64,000 nucleotides of DNA from the human T2T-CHM13v2.0 reference genome, Homo sapiens. Where the stretch lies: NCBI RefSeq assembly GCF_009914755.1, contig NC_060931.1; one strand, written 5' to 3'. The position numbers were made by a program, and so were the translations under genes. This document shows positions 29,821 to 50,065 of this stretch, piece by piece. Positions within the stretch are counted from its first letter, which is position 1. Each line of letters opens with the position of its first letter. A model generated the notes under the pieces. That model was not told the origin of the DNA. It saw nothing but the letters and a program-made list of their open reading frames with translations, and searched no databases.

Positions 29821-30369
29821 CGGCATCAGCCCCAGATACCGGAGATGATCGTGGCTGCAGCACATCCCAGCCCATCTTCAGCCAGAGCTTTCCCGACCTC
29901 GGCGCTCTCAGTGACCCCAGGCTCATCAGCCAGAAGATGGGGACACAGATTTCGCGTGAGTGGTTCTGTCTGACAAATGGGTCAAGAGCTGAAGCGACCG
30001 TCCACCTCCTTCTTCCTCAGGTTGAGGACTTGAGGGTTTCTAAAGGGCCCTGAACACCACCCACCCTCCCCAACCCACCGCTTCTCCGTCCCTCCGTTGC
30101 CTTCATCGAGCTCCGCAGAATTCAGATTCTGAAGGTGGGCGTGGATGTCATTTGGCCAGAGCCGGGCTTTTGATAAGCTCTAAGCTCACGGGCTGCCTCT
30201 GGAGGGAACAGCTCAGGGGGCTCCCCACGCCCAAACATTTGCCTCTCACTGTGGCTACTTCAAGAGGAACGAGCCATGCAGAGGGACGGGTGAGTTCCAA
30301 GAAGCACCAGAACCCCTGGGAACTCCAAGCACATATCTGGGTGTTTGGGTGGGGTTTTGGGGGATTTTT

Positions 30370-30573
30370 TGTTTCTGCTTTTGTTTTCAGACAGGATCTC
30401 GCTCTGTTGCCCAGGCTAGAGTGTAGCGACACAATCTCGGCTCACTGTAGCCTTGAACTCCTGAGCTCGAGCACTCCTCCCACCTCAGCCTCCAGAGTAA
30501 CTGGGATTATAGGCGTGTACCACCAGGCCCGGGTAATTTTTTTAAGAGATGGGGTCTCACTATGTTGCCCAGG
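30370..30573 (-). mobile_element. AluJ-like fragment
   Basis: Antisense Alu right arm plus part of left arm. Confidence 0.82.
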
Positions 30574-30692
30574 TTAAGACACATATTTGAATCCCAGGAG
30601 GACATTGAGATCTCCATTTTCCTGGCTACCCTCCAAGTGATGCCTTGTTCCCTGTGGCCCCAGCACCCCCACAGGCAGCAGGTTCCTGCTGA

Positions 30693-31362
<670 letters not shown>

Positions 31363-31496
31363 TTGTTGAACCAATTTTGAATTCAGGTGCAAAGCTGTGC
31401 TCCACCCACCACACTGTTCCCACATGTGGGAATATTTGAGCCAGAAAAAGAAAACGTTGGATGGTCTTCATTACTGTTGCTAGAAATAAAAATAAT

Positions 31497-31951
31497 AGCC
31501 AGGCGCGATGGCTCATGTCTATAATCCTAGCACTTTGGGGGGCTGAGGCAGGAGGATCACTTGAGGTCAGGAGTTCGAGACCAGCCTGGCCAACATGGTG
31601 AAACCCCATCTCTACTAAATATACAAAAATTAGCTGGGTGTGGTGGCACATGCCTATAATCCCAGCTACTTGGAAGGCTGAGGCAGGGGAATCGCTTGAA
31701 CCCGGAGGCGGACATTGCAGTGAGCCAAGATTGCAAGACTGCACTCCTGCCTGGGCAAGAAGAGTGAAACTCCATCTCAAAAAAAGAAAAAATAATTTTT
31801 TTTTAATTAGCCAGGCATGGTGGTGCACACCTGCAGTCCCAGTTATTCAGGAAGTCGAGGTAGGAGAATCACTTGAGCACGGAAGGCCGAGGCTGCAGTG
31901 AGCTATGATGGTGCCACTGCACTCCAGCCTGGGTGAGAGAGTAAGGCCTTG

Positions 31952-31995
<44 letters not shown>
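31497..31995 (+). mobile_element. AluS followed by an AluJ-like right arm with long A tail
   Basis: Alu consensus 31497-31795 and 31806-31995. Confidence 0.88.
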
Positions 31996-31996
<1 letters not shown>

Positions 31997-32285
31997 ACAC
32001 ACACACAGAATGGACAGCTGGTCTGTGTGGCCAGCAGCTGTGGACCAGGGACCTCCCGCTTCAGGGCTGACTCTGTCTGCAAAGAGGGAGCTGCAGAGGC
32101 TCTAGCAAGGCGCAGCTGGGACCAGAAAGGGCTCTCTCTTCCTCAGGGTCCCTTCGTGATCTTCCAAACTGAATTTTCAACCGGGTGAACATAATATCCG
32201 TTCAAAAACGACATTTCAATTGCATTGTAAATTGATGTTTAAATTCAAGTTAAAATAAATTCAAGTTAAAATAGTCTTCAGCTCA

Positions 32286-32585
<300 letters not shown>

Positions 32586-32649
32586 TCAGCTCTTCAGTAT
32601 CTGACTCCTCCTGGTGACCAGGTTCACCACTGCCAGGCAGACACCTCTG

Positions 32650-33085
32650 TGCACGTATCCCAGGGCCGCTGTGAGCAAGTACAGCAGGTCCTGAAACAAC
32701 AGAAACGTATCGTCTCTGCAGTTCTGGGGCCAGAAGTCCAGATCCAGGATCAGCAGGTGGAAATCAAGGTGCCACAGGACCATGCCCTCCAGAGGCCCCG
32801 GGCAGGCCCCTCCTCGCCTCTTCAGGTGGCTGCGGCCCTCCTCGGCGTGTGCCACATCTCACCAACTCCTGCCTTGTGTTGCATGGCCTCTTCCCCTTCT
32901 GTGTGTGGCATCTCCTCCTGCCTCCCCTTAGAAGGCACAAGTGATGGCATCAGGGCCCTCCTGGGAAACCCAGGGCCACCCGCCCACCTCGAATCTCACT
33001 TCATCACATCTGCAAAGTCCCTCTCTGCCACTCAAGATGACACATCCAGGTCCCAGAGACTAGGTCGTGGGTATCCTGGGGGGCC
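32650..33085 (-). mobile_element. MLT1-type MaLR LTR
   Basis: aaacaacagaaa...cagttctggggccagaagtcc; cacatctgcaaagtccct. Confidence 0.7.
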
Positions 33086-33107
33086 TGGACACCTCCCAGG
33101 ATGGAGT

Positions 33108-33700
33108 AGCCATGCCCAGCTACTCCAGCCACACCCAGCTACTCCAACCATGTCCAGGCTAATCCTGAATTCCAGCCACACCCAGCTACTCTAGTCACAT
33201 CCAGCTACTCTAGTCATGCCCAGCAACTCCATCCATGCTTAGATACTCCAGCCATGCCCAGCTATTCCAGCCACACCCAGCTACTCTAGCCACATCTAAC
33301 TACTCCAGTCATGCCCAGCTACTCCATGTATACCTAGCTACTCTAGCCACACCCAGATATTCCAGCCATGTCCAGCTACTCCAACCAAACCCAGCTATTC
33401 CAGCCACACTCAGCTATTCGAGTAGGCAGCCATGCCCAGCTACTCCAGCCAAACCCAGCTATTCCAGCCACACCCAGCTACTCTGGCCACATCTAGCTAC
33501 TCCATCCATGCCTAGCTACTCTAGCCACACCCAGCTACTCCAGCAACACCCAGCTATTCCAGCCACACCCAGCTACTCTAGCCACATCTAGCCACTCGTC
33601 ATGCCCAGCTAACTCTCTCCATGCCTAGCTACTCTAGCTACACCCAGATACTCCAGCCACACACAGCTATCCCAGCCATCCTCAGCTACTCTAACCACTG
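33108..33700 (+). repeat. Degenerate 19-bp minisatellite, about 30 copies
   Basis: Consensus ccagccacacccagctact. Confidence 0.92.
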
Positions 33701-34581
33701 CTCAACCACAGAAGCAACAGGTGTTCCTGCTTGGGGTAACTGGGCACCCTGGACCCAAAGTATCCAGCCTGAACCAGCCACATGCTCTGGATAAGATAGG
33801 GTATTTCAGCATGATGTGAGTGGCTGGGTGCCAAGACCCTTGAAGGCCACTCCTCTGCACAGCCCCTGCCACCCTTTCTGAGTGAGATTCCAGCAAAATG
33901 TATCAAAAGCCTGTTAAAAACACACACACCAACACCCATCGGGATCTTCACAGGCCAATCTCTGACCCAGCAACCTGAATACCAGGAGTCTCCTGCCTAA
34001 CCACAGCGTCACTACTCACGGAAACATCGGAGCACGGAGAAATCAGAAGCCTCCCACGTGACCTTGGCAAAGGCAGCAGTTCATAAACTCTGATTCATTC
34101 TTACAATGGAACGCTGTGCAGATACGCACAACAATTAGATCTGTACTTATATGGAAGGACTTCCTAGACCCATCACCCCATCACCGGCGAGGAGCACAGC
34201 AGAGAACAATGCGTCTAGTGTGTTCCCAGGGTCCCCACCTGCACTCACGGGCACACGCCTGCAAACACACAGGGCGGCTGGAGCCCCCACCAGACCACCA
34301 CACCGTTGCCCTCCGGGAGGGGGAGAAAAAGACACTTTCTCTTTGTATTTTATACATATGGAGGTCATTTAGATTTTATATAGGACTAGTATCAAAATAT
34401 GCTCAGTTAATGTAATAAAGAATTATAATTTGTCAAAAAATTGTTTTAAAAGAGAGAATTTTCAATATGTTACACATCCTTTGATCACATCAAGGAATTT
34501 ATCTCAAAGAAAGAAACGAACAAGTACTCCAAGATGAAAACACAAGGATGACCACCCAATGTTCATAAAGTTAAAAATGCA

Positions 34582-34879
34582 GGCCGGGCGCAGTGGCTCA
34601 CGCCTGTAATCCCAGCACTTTGGGAGGCCGAGGCAGGTGGATCATGAGGTCAGGAGTTCGAGACCAGCCTGGCCAACATGGTGAAAACCCATCTCTACTA
34701 AAAATGCAAAAATTAGCCGGGTGTGGTGTCGGGATCCTGTAATCCCAGATACTCAGGAGGCTGAGGCAGGAGAATCGCTTGAACCCAGGTGGCGGAGGTT
34801 GAAGTGAGCCAAGATCATACGACTGCAGTCCAGCCTGGGCAACAGAGCAAGACTCTGTCTAAAATAATAATAATAATAG
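34582..34879 (+). mobile_element. AluS (Sg-like)
   Basis: Alu consensus with (AAT)n tail. Confidence 0.92.
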
Positions 34880-35679
34880 AGATTTAAAAAATGCAAACAG
34901 CCGCAGTAGGAAAACAGCTAATTCACATAGAAATTGACAGCACAGACAACTGCAGCACGCTAACTGGCATGGAAAGGTGTTGAGGACGCCCCGAGTATGA
35001 GAAAACAGGGTAGAATGAGATGCTGTTACCGACGGGATCTGTGCACAAGGGCAATCCTTAACGCCTGTCCCCCAAATATCCCCAAGGATCATCCCTAGGC
35101 ATCAGATGGAGACATTTTTGCTTTCAATCTTTTCAAAATTTTCCAATTTTTCCAATTATGTCTATGATCAACATCCCCACACATGGCGTCCAAGCCCCTT
35201 CACGCTCAGCCCTCTCCCTGAATAACCCTGACCTCCTCTGTCCCCTCACTGCGACCCTGCAGACCTCATCTGCTGTCACCTCCTGCCTCAGGCCTCCGAG
35301 CTCCCGGCACAGGCAGGAGCCGCAGGAAAGGTACATCCCGGCCCCATCTCCCCAACGAGGCTGTGAGCTTAGCAACGGCAAGGTATATCCATGCATGCGG
35401 AAGAGGCCGGAACACGAAGCCCATGGTAATCACACCACCTGTGCCTGCCTAGGTATAGCGCGCGGGGGAACCGCAGATCCAGACCCCCTATTTGAGGAAG
35501 GCAGCCGGGCCTTCCCAGAGCAGGGACTCAGCTCGGCAGCAGGGCAGGTGCACGCAGCATAGTATTTCGGGAAGCCACCCCTGCGTGGTGAGCCCACGTT
35601 TCCTGAGAGCTGTGACACGCTTCTCCTGGCGCCGAGCGTTCTGTATTCCATGGCCCATGAGTCAGAGAAACGGCAAAGC

Positions 35680-36316
<637 letters not shown>

Positions 36317-36384
36317 TCAGCCTGCTGTTATCAGGCAATGGTACAAATATGCAATTTGAAGTTTAATGTGTATTTCACCACTGT

Positions 36385-36642
36385 TTTTTTCTAAACAGAG
36401 TCTTGATCACAGCTCACTGCAGCCTCAACCTCCTGGGCTCAGGTGCTCCTCCCGCTTCAGCCTCCCAAGTAGCTGGGACCACAGGTATGCACCACCACAC
36501 TTGGCTAACTTTTTTATTTTTAGTGGAGATGAGGTCTCACTATGTTGCCCAGGCTGGTCTCAAACATCTCAGCTCAAGCAATCCTCCCATCTCAGCCTCC
36601 CAAAGTGCTGGGATTACAGGTGTGAGCCACCGCACCCAGCCT
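36385..36642 (-). mobile_element. AluJ-like (partial)
   Basis: Antisense Alu consensus. Confidence 0.88.
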
Positions 36643-36660
36643 CTTGTTACTTTTGAAATG

Positions 36661-37312
36661 CAGTCACGTGTCACGTAATGATGGGGAAGCGTTCTGAGAA
36701 ATTCATCATGAGGCAATTTCATCATCATGCGAACATCACAGAGCAACAGACACAAGCCTAGCTGGTATAGCCTAACTATGCACTGAGGTTATAACATGAT
36801 AGAGCCTATCGCTCTAGGCTACAAATCTGTACAGGATGTGGCCATCCTCAACACTGCAGGCAGCTGTAAGACAATGCTAGGTGTATCTAAACATATCTAC
36901 ACAGGCCGGGCACGGTGGCTCACGCCTGTAATCCCAGCACTTTGAGAGGCCGAGGCAGGCGGATCGCCTGAGGTCAAGAGTTCGAGACCAGCCTGCCCAA
37001 CATGGTGAAACCCCGTCTCTACTAAAAATACAAAAATTAGCTGGGAAAGGTGGTGGGCACCTGTAATCAGCCACTCAGGAGGCTGAGGCAGGAGAATCAC
37101 CTGAACCCGGGAGGTGAAGGTTGCCATGAGGCAAGATCATGCCACTGCACTTCAGCCTGAGTGACAGAGGGAGAATTTGTCTCAAAAAAATAAACAAATA
37201 AACATATCTACACAGAGAAAAGGTACAGTAAAAAATATGGTATCATAATCTTACGGAACCACATATATGCAATCTGTCAACAACCAAAACGTGGTCATGT
37301 AGTGTGTGCCTG
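36661..37312 (-). mobile_element. Tigger3a/MER7A-like DNA transposon, interrupted by AluS at 36904-37201
   Basis: Terminal cagtca...; cgttctgagaaat, ctaggctacaaa.ctgtacag, gaaaaggtacagtaaaaa; Alu TSD taaacatatctacaca. Confidence 0.75.
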
Positions 37313-37693
37313 TATGCAGTACACTGTTACTGGCTGCAGTCACCCCACCGTGCAAAGATCTCAAAACCCATTCCTCCCGTCTGTCTGTCTGTCTGTCTGA
37401 AACTCTGCACCCTTTGATCAACAATTCCCCACTCCCTCTCTGGATGAATGAGAAGCACTACGAACATTTCAGATGCCAGGATATCCCCCGCTTAAAATGA
37501 AACCACGCAGGAAGGTCATTCGGGCCACAGTGAGACCTCCTGTTGTGCCTGGGCCACCCAGGAAGTCCCTGTCTGTCCAGGTGCAACTGCGGACCACGCA
37601 GGCTTAGGTGTGCTGCGTGTAACGCAGAGAGCCCCTGTGCAGACGTCTTTGAGAGACAGCAATGAAATCTCCTAAAAAGCCACTCCAGTTCTA

Positions 37694-38010
<317 letters not shown>

Positions 38011-38624
38011 TATATATAAATGTTTTGTTTTCAAATACTTTCTATTTACAGAGAAATTGCAAAGATCATTCTCGTGCACCTTGCAGTTCCCTGATGTTAC
38101 TACCTTACATCCTATGATGCATTTATCACAACTGGGGAAGCCATGTCGATACATGACAGACACTGAGCTCCACACCTAATCTGTTCTTCCTTTGTTTGGC
38201 CTGAATGGCCTTTTTCTGTCCCAGGACCCCGTCCTGTCTCCCCCGTGGCCTCCGGTCTGCAACAGTTCTTCACACTCTCCTCGTGTGCCGTGAGCAGGGC
38301 TGGTCAGGCATTCTGCGGAGCATCCCGCAATTTAGGTTTATTTGAGGTTCTTCTCGTGGTTAGACTGAAGTTCTGGGTCTTGGGGAGGAAGACCCCAGAG
38401 GTGGAGTGCCCTAATAAATTTTTAACAATGCTTGCGCTAGCTTTAATTAGCTGATTATAAAAGTATTAAGTACTGCGGAAAGGAATGGGGTGTGCGTGTT
38501 TAGGGAGTAGAGTCTCAGTTCTGCAAGGTAAGAAGGTTCTGGAGATGGTGGTGGTGATGATTCCACAACAATGAGAATGTGCTTAACGCCACTCAACTGT
38601 GCACTCAGAAATGGCTAACAGGGT

Positions 38625-38792
38625 ACTGGGGACTGACTTGTGTCTCCCCAGAAATTCACATATGGAAGCCCTAACCAGCCATGCTATGGTATTTGGAGAG
38701 AGGCCTTTGGGAGGTGGCTGGGGTTGGATGGGGTCATGAGAGAAGGGCCCTGAATAATGGGATTTGTGCCTGTATAAGAAGAGACCAGAGAT
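38625..38792 (+). mobile_element. MLT1A-like LTR 5' part
   Basis: aaattcacatatggaagccctaacc...ggtatttggaga.aggcctttgggaggt...ataagaagagacc. Confidence 0.65.
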
Positions 38793-39269
<477 letters not shown>

Positions 39270-39470
39270 TCAGCTCATCTGGCAAAGACAGTAGCAAACC
39301 AAGCCCACCCAGAACTGCCTCTGCCATCACCCACATAGTCCTCCCTCCAACCAGGATGACACTGAGACCCCCAGGAGGATGAGGGTGCCCCGTGGGCTTC
39401 CAGGGAGCTCACAGGTGACAGCCACGTGCCGAGGCCTGGGGACAGGAACCCCGTGACCCGTGAGCCTCAC

Positions 39471-39641
39471 CTTCCTGACGTAGGACACGGCGTCCTCCTC
39501 GGTGTACACCTCGGCACTCACGCCTCCTCGCCGGCGGCGGGCCTTCACCACAGGGTTCGGGGGGGTGGGCGACACCTCCTCATCATGGGAGTCCGACTGT
39601 GAGTTTGACTTTTGCCGCGCCAAAATCTGCCTGTTTTCTTC
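39471..39641 (-). CDS. PRKAR1B: PRKAR1B internal coding exon (171 nt, phase 0/0; probably exon 3, about aa 60-116): linker with pseudosubstrate RRGGV
   Basis: Minus strand reads ttttcctctcccacacag|GAAGAAAAC...GTCAGGAAG|gtgagg; translates [57 protein letters not shown], recognised as RI-beta (RI-alpha has RRGAI). Confidence 0.97.
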
Positions 39642-39769
39642 CTGTGTGGGAGAGGAAAACACAGAAAGGAAGTAAGAACCTGGCTGTCCCGGCCAGGCAC
39701 AGGGCCCATGCCTGTGATCCCAGCACTGTGGGAGGACTAGTGGGAGGATCGCTTGAACTCAGGAGTTGG

Positions 39770-40226
39770 ACATACGGTTAGGCTTTGTGTCCCCACCCAA
39801 ATCTCTTTTTCTGTCCCCACCCAAATTTCACTTTGTGTCCCCACTCAAATCTCATTTTGTGTCCCCCACCAAATCTCATCTTGAATTGTAATCCTCATCA
39901 TCCCCATCATCCCCACTTGTCCAGGGAGAGACCAGGTGGAGGCGACTGAATCATGGGGCAGTTTCCCCCTTGCTGTTCTCGTGATAGTGAGGGAGTTTTC
40001 ACAAGATCTGATGGGTTTCCAAGGGACTCCTCCCCCTTCACTCAGCACTTCTCCTTCCTGCTGCCTTGTGAAGAAGCGGCTCTGCTTCCCCCCTGCTGCC
40101 TTCTGCTATGATCATAAGTTTCCTGAGGCCCCCCGAGCCATGCAGAACTGTGAGTCAATTCAACCTCTCTGTAAACTACGCAGTCTTGGGTGGTTCTTTA
40201 TAGCAGTATGAAAATGGACTAATACA
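39770..40226 (+). mobile_element. THE1 (C/D-like) solo LTR inserted in an Alu left monomer (39691-39768 and 40227-40255)
   Basis: ggctttgtgtccccacccaaatctcatcttgaattgta...gaactgtgagtcaatt...tttatagcagtatgaaaatggactaataca. Confidence 0.88.
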
Positions 40227-41221
40227 CCCTGTCTCTATAAAAAAAAAAAAAAAAAGAATTAGCTGTAAGTGGGTTCACCTAAAGTTGCAGTTCCTAAGAA
40301 CCTGTCAACATTTCTGTGTATGTACCAGTTTTGTGAGACATTAAAAAATAAAGTGGGTGAGGCTCTCCAGGTAATTTTTATAACTGCCTGCACATCCACA
40401 ATTATCTCAAAATTAAAACTTTAATTTGCTTTTTAAAGTGAGTGAGAGGCTGAACTGGTGTGGGGTTTATGGAGGCTGAGATGACAAGCATCTGGAGGTC
40501 TGCTGGGAGGAGGGGACTGGAAGTTGAGCCCCGAGTCACCGTGGAACGACCATGGTTGTGTCCTCCACGTGGGCTGGGGTTGCTCCGAAGCCCACCCTGC
40601 CTTGAGCTGTGGATGGCAGGATGCACCACCACTGCAGACCTTGCTCCTGCCCACAGACAAGTGCTTCGACCACTGTCCCCAGCTCTTCAGCCACTCTAAA
40701 CCTCATGCATCCGGCATGGTCTTAGCCAGCCTGGGCATTTCAATCCCACCAGGGCCAATGTGCCTTTCCTCCTGCACCTGGAGGACCTGAGTTTGCATAA
40801 CCTGCAGCCTAAACACTGACCTCCACCACGCTCAAAGGTGGGCTTAGGACCAGAGGCAGGGGGCTCTGTGGTCTGAGGACACACCGGGCCCTGAGCTGAG
40901 CCCCTTTCTCACTGCAATTCTGCCTCTTTGGGAAAAGGGTGAATGAAGTAAGGGGAGGGAGGGAGGAAGGAAGAAGGGAGGAGGGAGCAGGGAGGAGGGA
41001 GAGGAGAAGTCAGGAATCAGCAGGGCCAGGCAGCCTGGAGAGCCCAGGAGCTCAGTCCTCGTCCTAAGGCCACACCGGGTAGCTCACAGGGACCACAGAT
41101 GAGCACACTCCTTTCCTAGAGTGCTGTGTGACCCTGAGTAAGTTGCTTGACCTCACCGGGACTCATCTGTGAGGGGAAATGAAGACACATGTCCCTGGCA
41201 TCGTAGTAAGAAGAGACTTCA

Positions 41222-41672
41222 GGCCAAGTGCGGTGGCTTCAGGCTGGGTGTGGTGGCTTCTGGCCGGGTGTGGTGGCTCACGCCTATAATCCCAGCACTT
41301 AGGGAGGATCATTTGGCCCCAGGAGTTCAAGACCAGCCTGGGCAACATAGTGAGACCATAACTCAAAAAAAATTTGTTGGCCAGGCACGGTGGTTCACGC
41401 CTGTAACCCCAGCACTTTGGGAGGCCGAGATGGGTGGATCACGAGGTCAGGAGATCGAGACCATCTTGGCTAACACGGTGAAACCCTGTCTCTACTAAAA
41501 ATACAAAAAATTAGCTGGGTGTGGTGGCAGGCACCTGTAGTCCCAGCTACTCCGGAGGCTGAGGCAGGAGAATGGCGTGAACCCGGGAGTGAGCTTGCAG
41601 TGAGCCGAGATCGTGCCACTGCACTCCAGCCTGGATGACAGAGCGAGACTCTGTCTCAAAAAAAAAAAAAAA
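41222..41672 (+). mobile_element. Alu left monomer with triplicated head (41222-41372) plus AluY (41379-41672)
   Basis: ggc...gtg.ggtggctt/c x3, then consensus. Confidence 0.88.
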
Positions 41673-42827
41673 TTGTTTTAAGGAAAAGAGATTTCAACCT
41701 GTCCTAACAGATATGAATGGCTCTGTGTGCAGAAGCAATGCTGGCTCACATGACCTGAGTGTTCACCTTGGTCACTCATGCCCTATTCAGCCTCGAGGTG
41801 GGTGCGGCCCCCAACCCCTCACACAGATCAGGCACACAAGGCCCTCGCTCTCCCTCCCGGCCTCACCCTGATCCATCCCCTGGCTTTCCTGCCGGTCCTC
41901 TGAGGGCTTTGGTCCCCCACAGCTCGGGAGCTTCCCGAAAAAAGATGGCGGCCCTATCAGGCAGGGCCTTGCGTCATGGACCAGGAGGTGGAGGAGGAAT
42001 TCAGGGGCAACCAGGCCAAGTTCCCTACCAATGCCTTCTGACATCCCAAGACCCAGACGTGCCCACCTGTGACAAGGCTGAGACCACGGCTCTGAGATGC
42101 TCACTCTCCAGGGGTACAGGAGCTCTGGGGTCCTGGGGTCTGACAGATGCAGACACCACGTGAATGCCAAGGCCGGGGTGCCACCAGCCCTATGTCTGGG
42201 TATCCCCTTCCTTGACTTTCAAAAACCATCCCTTTAAGCAAATGGTTTGCTTATTGGTTCCAAATATTGAACCCAAGGATTTCTGAGAATTGGCCATTTA
42301 AAGTCAGCCAGGTGCACCGGTCCAGGTGGGTGAGGTGATCACCAGATCACACCAAGGTAGAGGATGCAGGAGAGGAGTCTGAGACCCCAGCCCGCCCTGG
42401 CTTCCTGCGGACTCTGTAGCCATTCCTCCTGTTCCAGGAACCTCCAGTAAACAAATGACTGTCTCCCCAGCCTGTTAAAACTGGGACATGGGTGGGAGCT
42501 CCTGCTGAATGCCAGCCGCCATCCATCCTGTGGGTGGTGGACATGAGTGAAGGGTCCCCACAGACCAGAGTGGGCCTGGCCGGCACCCACATGGAGCAGC
42601 GGGATGCAGTCACAGAGACGCCCTGACCAATACCGGCCTCAAGCCCCACTCCTGGCCCACCTGCCACGTGCCAGGCACGGCACCCACTCCCCACGGAAGG
42701 GCAGCCTGGAGAGCTGCTTGTTGCTCCCTCAGAAACAATCCCACCCGCTCCTCACCCAGCCCGATGTGGCCGTCTGTCAATCACAGCCAAGGGCAGTTTC
42801 CCCAGAGGCCCCCACTTCTTCTGCAGC

Positions 42828-43136
42828 TGATGCCCACCTCCATGTGTGCCAATGCCCACCTCCACGTGCACTGATGCCCATCTCCGTGTGCCAATGCCCA
42901 CTTCTGCATATGCCAACGCCTACCTCCACATGCACCAATGCCCACCTCCACACGTGTGCTGATGCCCTCTGTGTATGCCGATGCCCACCTCCATGTGCTC
43001 CAATGCCCACCTCCACGTGCACCAATGCCCACCTCTACGTGTGTGCTGATGCCCACCTCTGTGTACACCAATGCCCACCTCCATGTGCTCCAATGCCCAC
43101 CTCCACGTGCACCAATGCCCACCTCTGCCTGTGCCA
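42828..43136 (+). repeat. About 22-bp minisatellite, about 14 copies
   Basis: ccaatgcccacctccacgtgca and variants. Confidence 0.92.
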
Positions 43137-44109
43137 GCCAATTCTGTCTCCTCAAACACCTATCAGATGCTAATTGCCCAGCCGGGAAGACGCTGAGTAC
43201 ACGGGGATTGCCGGGTGAAGCTTTATGCGATCATTTAAATATATCTTGACGGAGCTTCCCCAAAAAAAATGGCAGATGGAAAGTGCACGTTTCCTCTTTT
43301 CCCTCTAGCGACCTCTCGAATGACAGCAAAATAAAAATATATGCATATATACATCTACCACAATGACCAGAATGGCAGGAACGCTATCTGAGATTTCTGG
43401 AAAACAGACAATGACCTGAAGCATGGAATTTGACATTCAGACGAAGTACGCAGCAGCCCGGGGTATGTGAAGCAGGTTCTCCCGGATCCACGGAGGGAAC
43501 GGTTCTGCTGCAGAGCCCCACAGAGCAGAGGACAGAGGTGGTGAAAGTCATCAAGATCCAGACCCAGGACCACAGGAGCTCGGAAGCCTGGGAGCCAGGC
43601 AGCCCCCCAAGGCCAGGAGCCCAGGTGTCCTGTGGCTGCTCCTTCTCTTCCCTTTTACAGTGGAAATTCCCAAACTACACAAGAGTAGACAGAGTAATAC
43701 AATGAATCACCAAACGTCCATCACCCACCCTCAACCATTATCAAAATGGAGCCAGTCCTATTTCATTTCACCTCCACCCACTTCACACAGACACACACAC
43801 ACACACACACACACACAGAGGATGGAAGCAAATCTCAGATACAGCATTTCATTTTAAATACTTCAATATCTAGCTCTAAAATACACTTGTTAAAACATAA
43901 CCACAATCCCCATTACCATCTGCCATGAGTTGGATGTGGTTTGTCCCTCCTGAAATTTGATCCTCAATGTGGTGATGTTGGGAGGTCCATGAATGTAACC
44001 TTTTATATTAATTAATATAATTCATGTTACACATATAACATACACATAACAGTAGGAAGATACAACATGAAAATATCTTAAAAAGAGACAAAGACAGAGA
44101 AAAACCATG

Positions 44110-44452
44110 TCTGTATATACATATATATAACATGTTATATATATATACACACACATATAACACGTTTTATATATACATATATACGTATATATATATACGT
44201 ATATATACGTATATATACGTATATATACGTATATATACGTATATATATATGTATATATATATACGTATATATACGTATATATACGTATATATACGTATAT
44301 ATATATGTATATATATATACGTATATATACGTATATATACGTATATATACGTATATATATATACATATATATATACATATATATATACATATATATATAC
44401 GTATATATACACACATACATACATATATATATATACATACACATATATATAT

Positions 44453-44499
<47 letters not shown>
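44110..44499. repeat. (TA)n/(TATATACGTA)n microsatellite, about 390 bp
   Basis: Direct reading. Confidence 0.98.
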
Positions 44500-47505
<3,006 letters not shown>

Positions 47506-47519
47506 ACAAGACAGATTGC

Positions 47520-48506
<987 letters not shown>

Positions 48507-48677
48507 AATGTTTTTAAAGCCAAATGGAAATGCTAGAATCCAAAAACATAATAATAAACAAAAAAATTATTTCAATTTTTGAAGAAAACAAAATTTGAAA
48601 TTCACATCACAGAGTAACCCAGGATACATTAAAATTGTAAACACTTTCCTTCTTTTCTTACTTAGTATTTTATCTAG

Positions 48678-49080
<403 letters not shown>

Positions 49081-49100
49081 TTAAAGAGCTGAGGGAGGGA

Positions 49101-49560
<460 letters not shown>

Positions 49561-50065
49561 AAATTAAATAAGAAGCCATTAACAACAACAACAACAAATT
49601 TCAAGTGCTGAGCTATTGGGATCAGGGTGGAATTTCTTCAGCTTCGTGCATGTTGCTGTAATGTTAACACAACACAAACAAATTGGAAGGAACTATGTCA
49701 TAATAAAAGTAAACTACTGTGTGCCACTGTGCAGACATAAATACCACTAAAACCACCTAAATAAATAACAAGTCCCAGAAGGAATGCCCCCACCAGCTGC
49801 ACACCCAGAAGACGGGGCTCCTCAGGAAGGGGCTGGTGCTTCTCAGACGCTCAGAGGCCTGATGCCTGGGGCTGTAAAAAAAAACAAAAAAACACAACAC
49901 CCAGCAGTCCTGTGTCCAGCTGCACAAATGGGTGCCAGCTCCAAGGCTGACCGGTCTCCACTGCATCCTCCTCAGCGGGCCTGGCGGCTGGTGTCTCCAC
50001 TGCCAGCCACCACAGGCTCCTCTCAGCCTGCACTTGGGAATTCTTCCCAGCGGCCCATCGGCTCT

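Noticed and set aside
39327-39662. 111-aa ORF as a standalone gene
   Set aside because: It is the 171-nt exon plus intronic read-through on both sides
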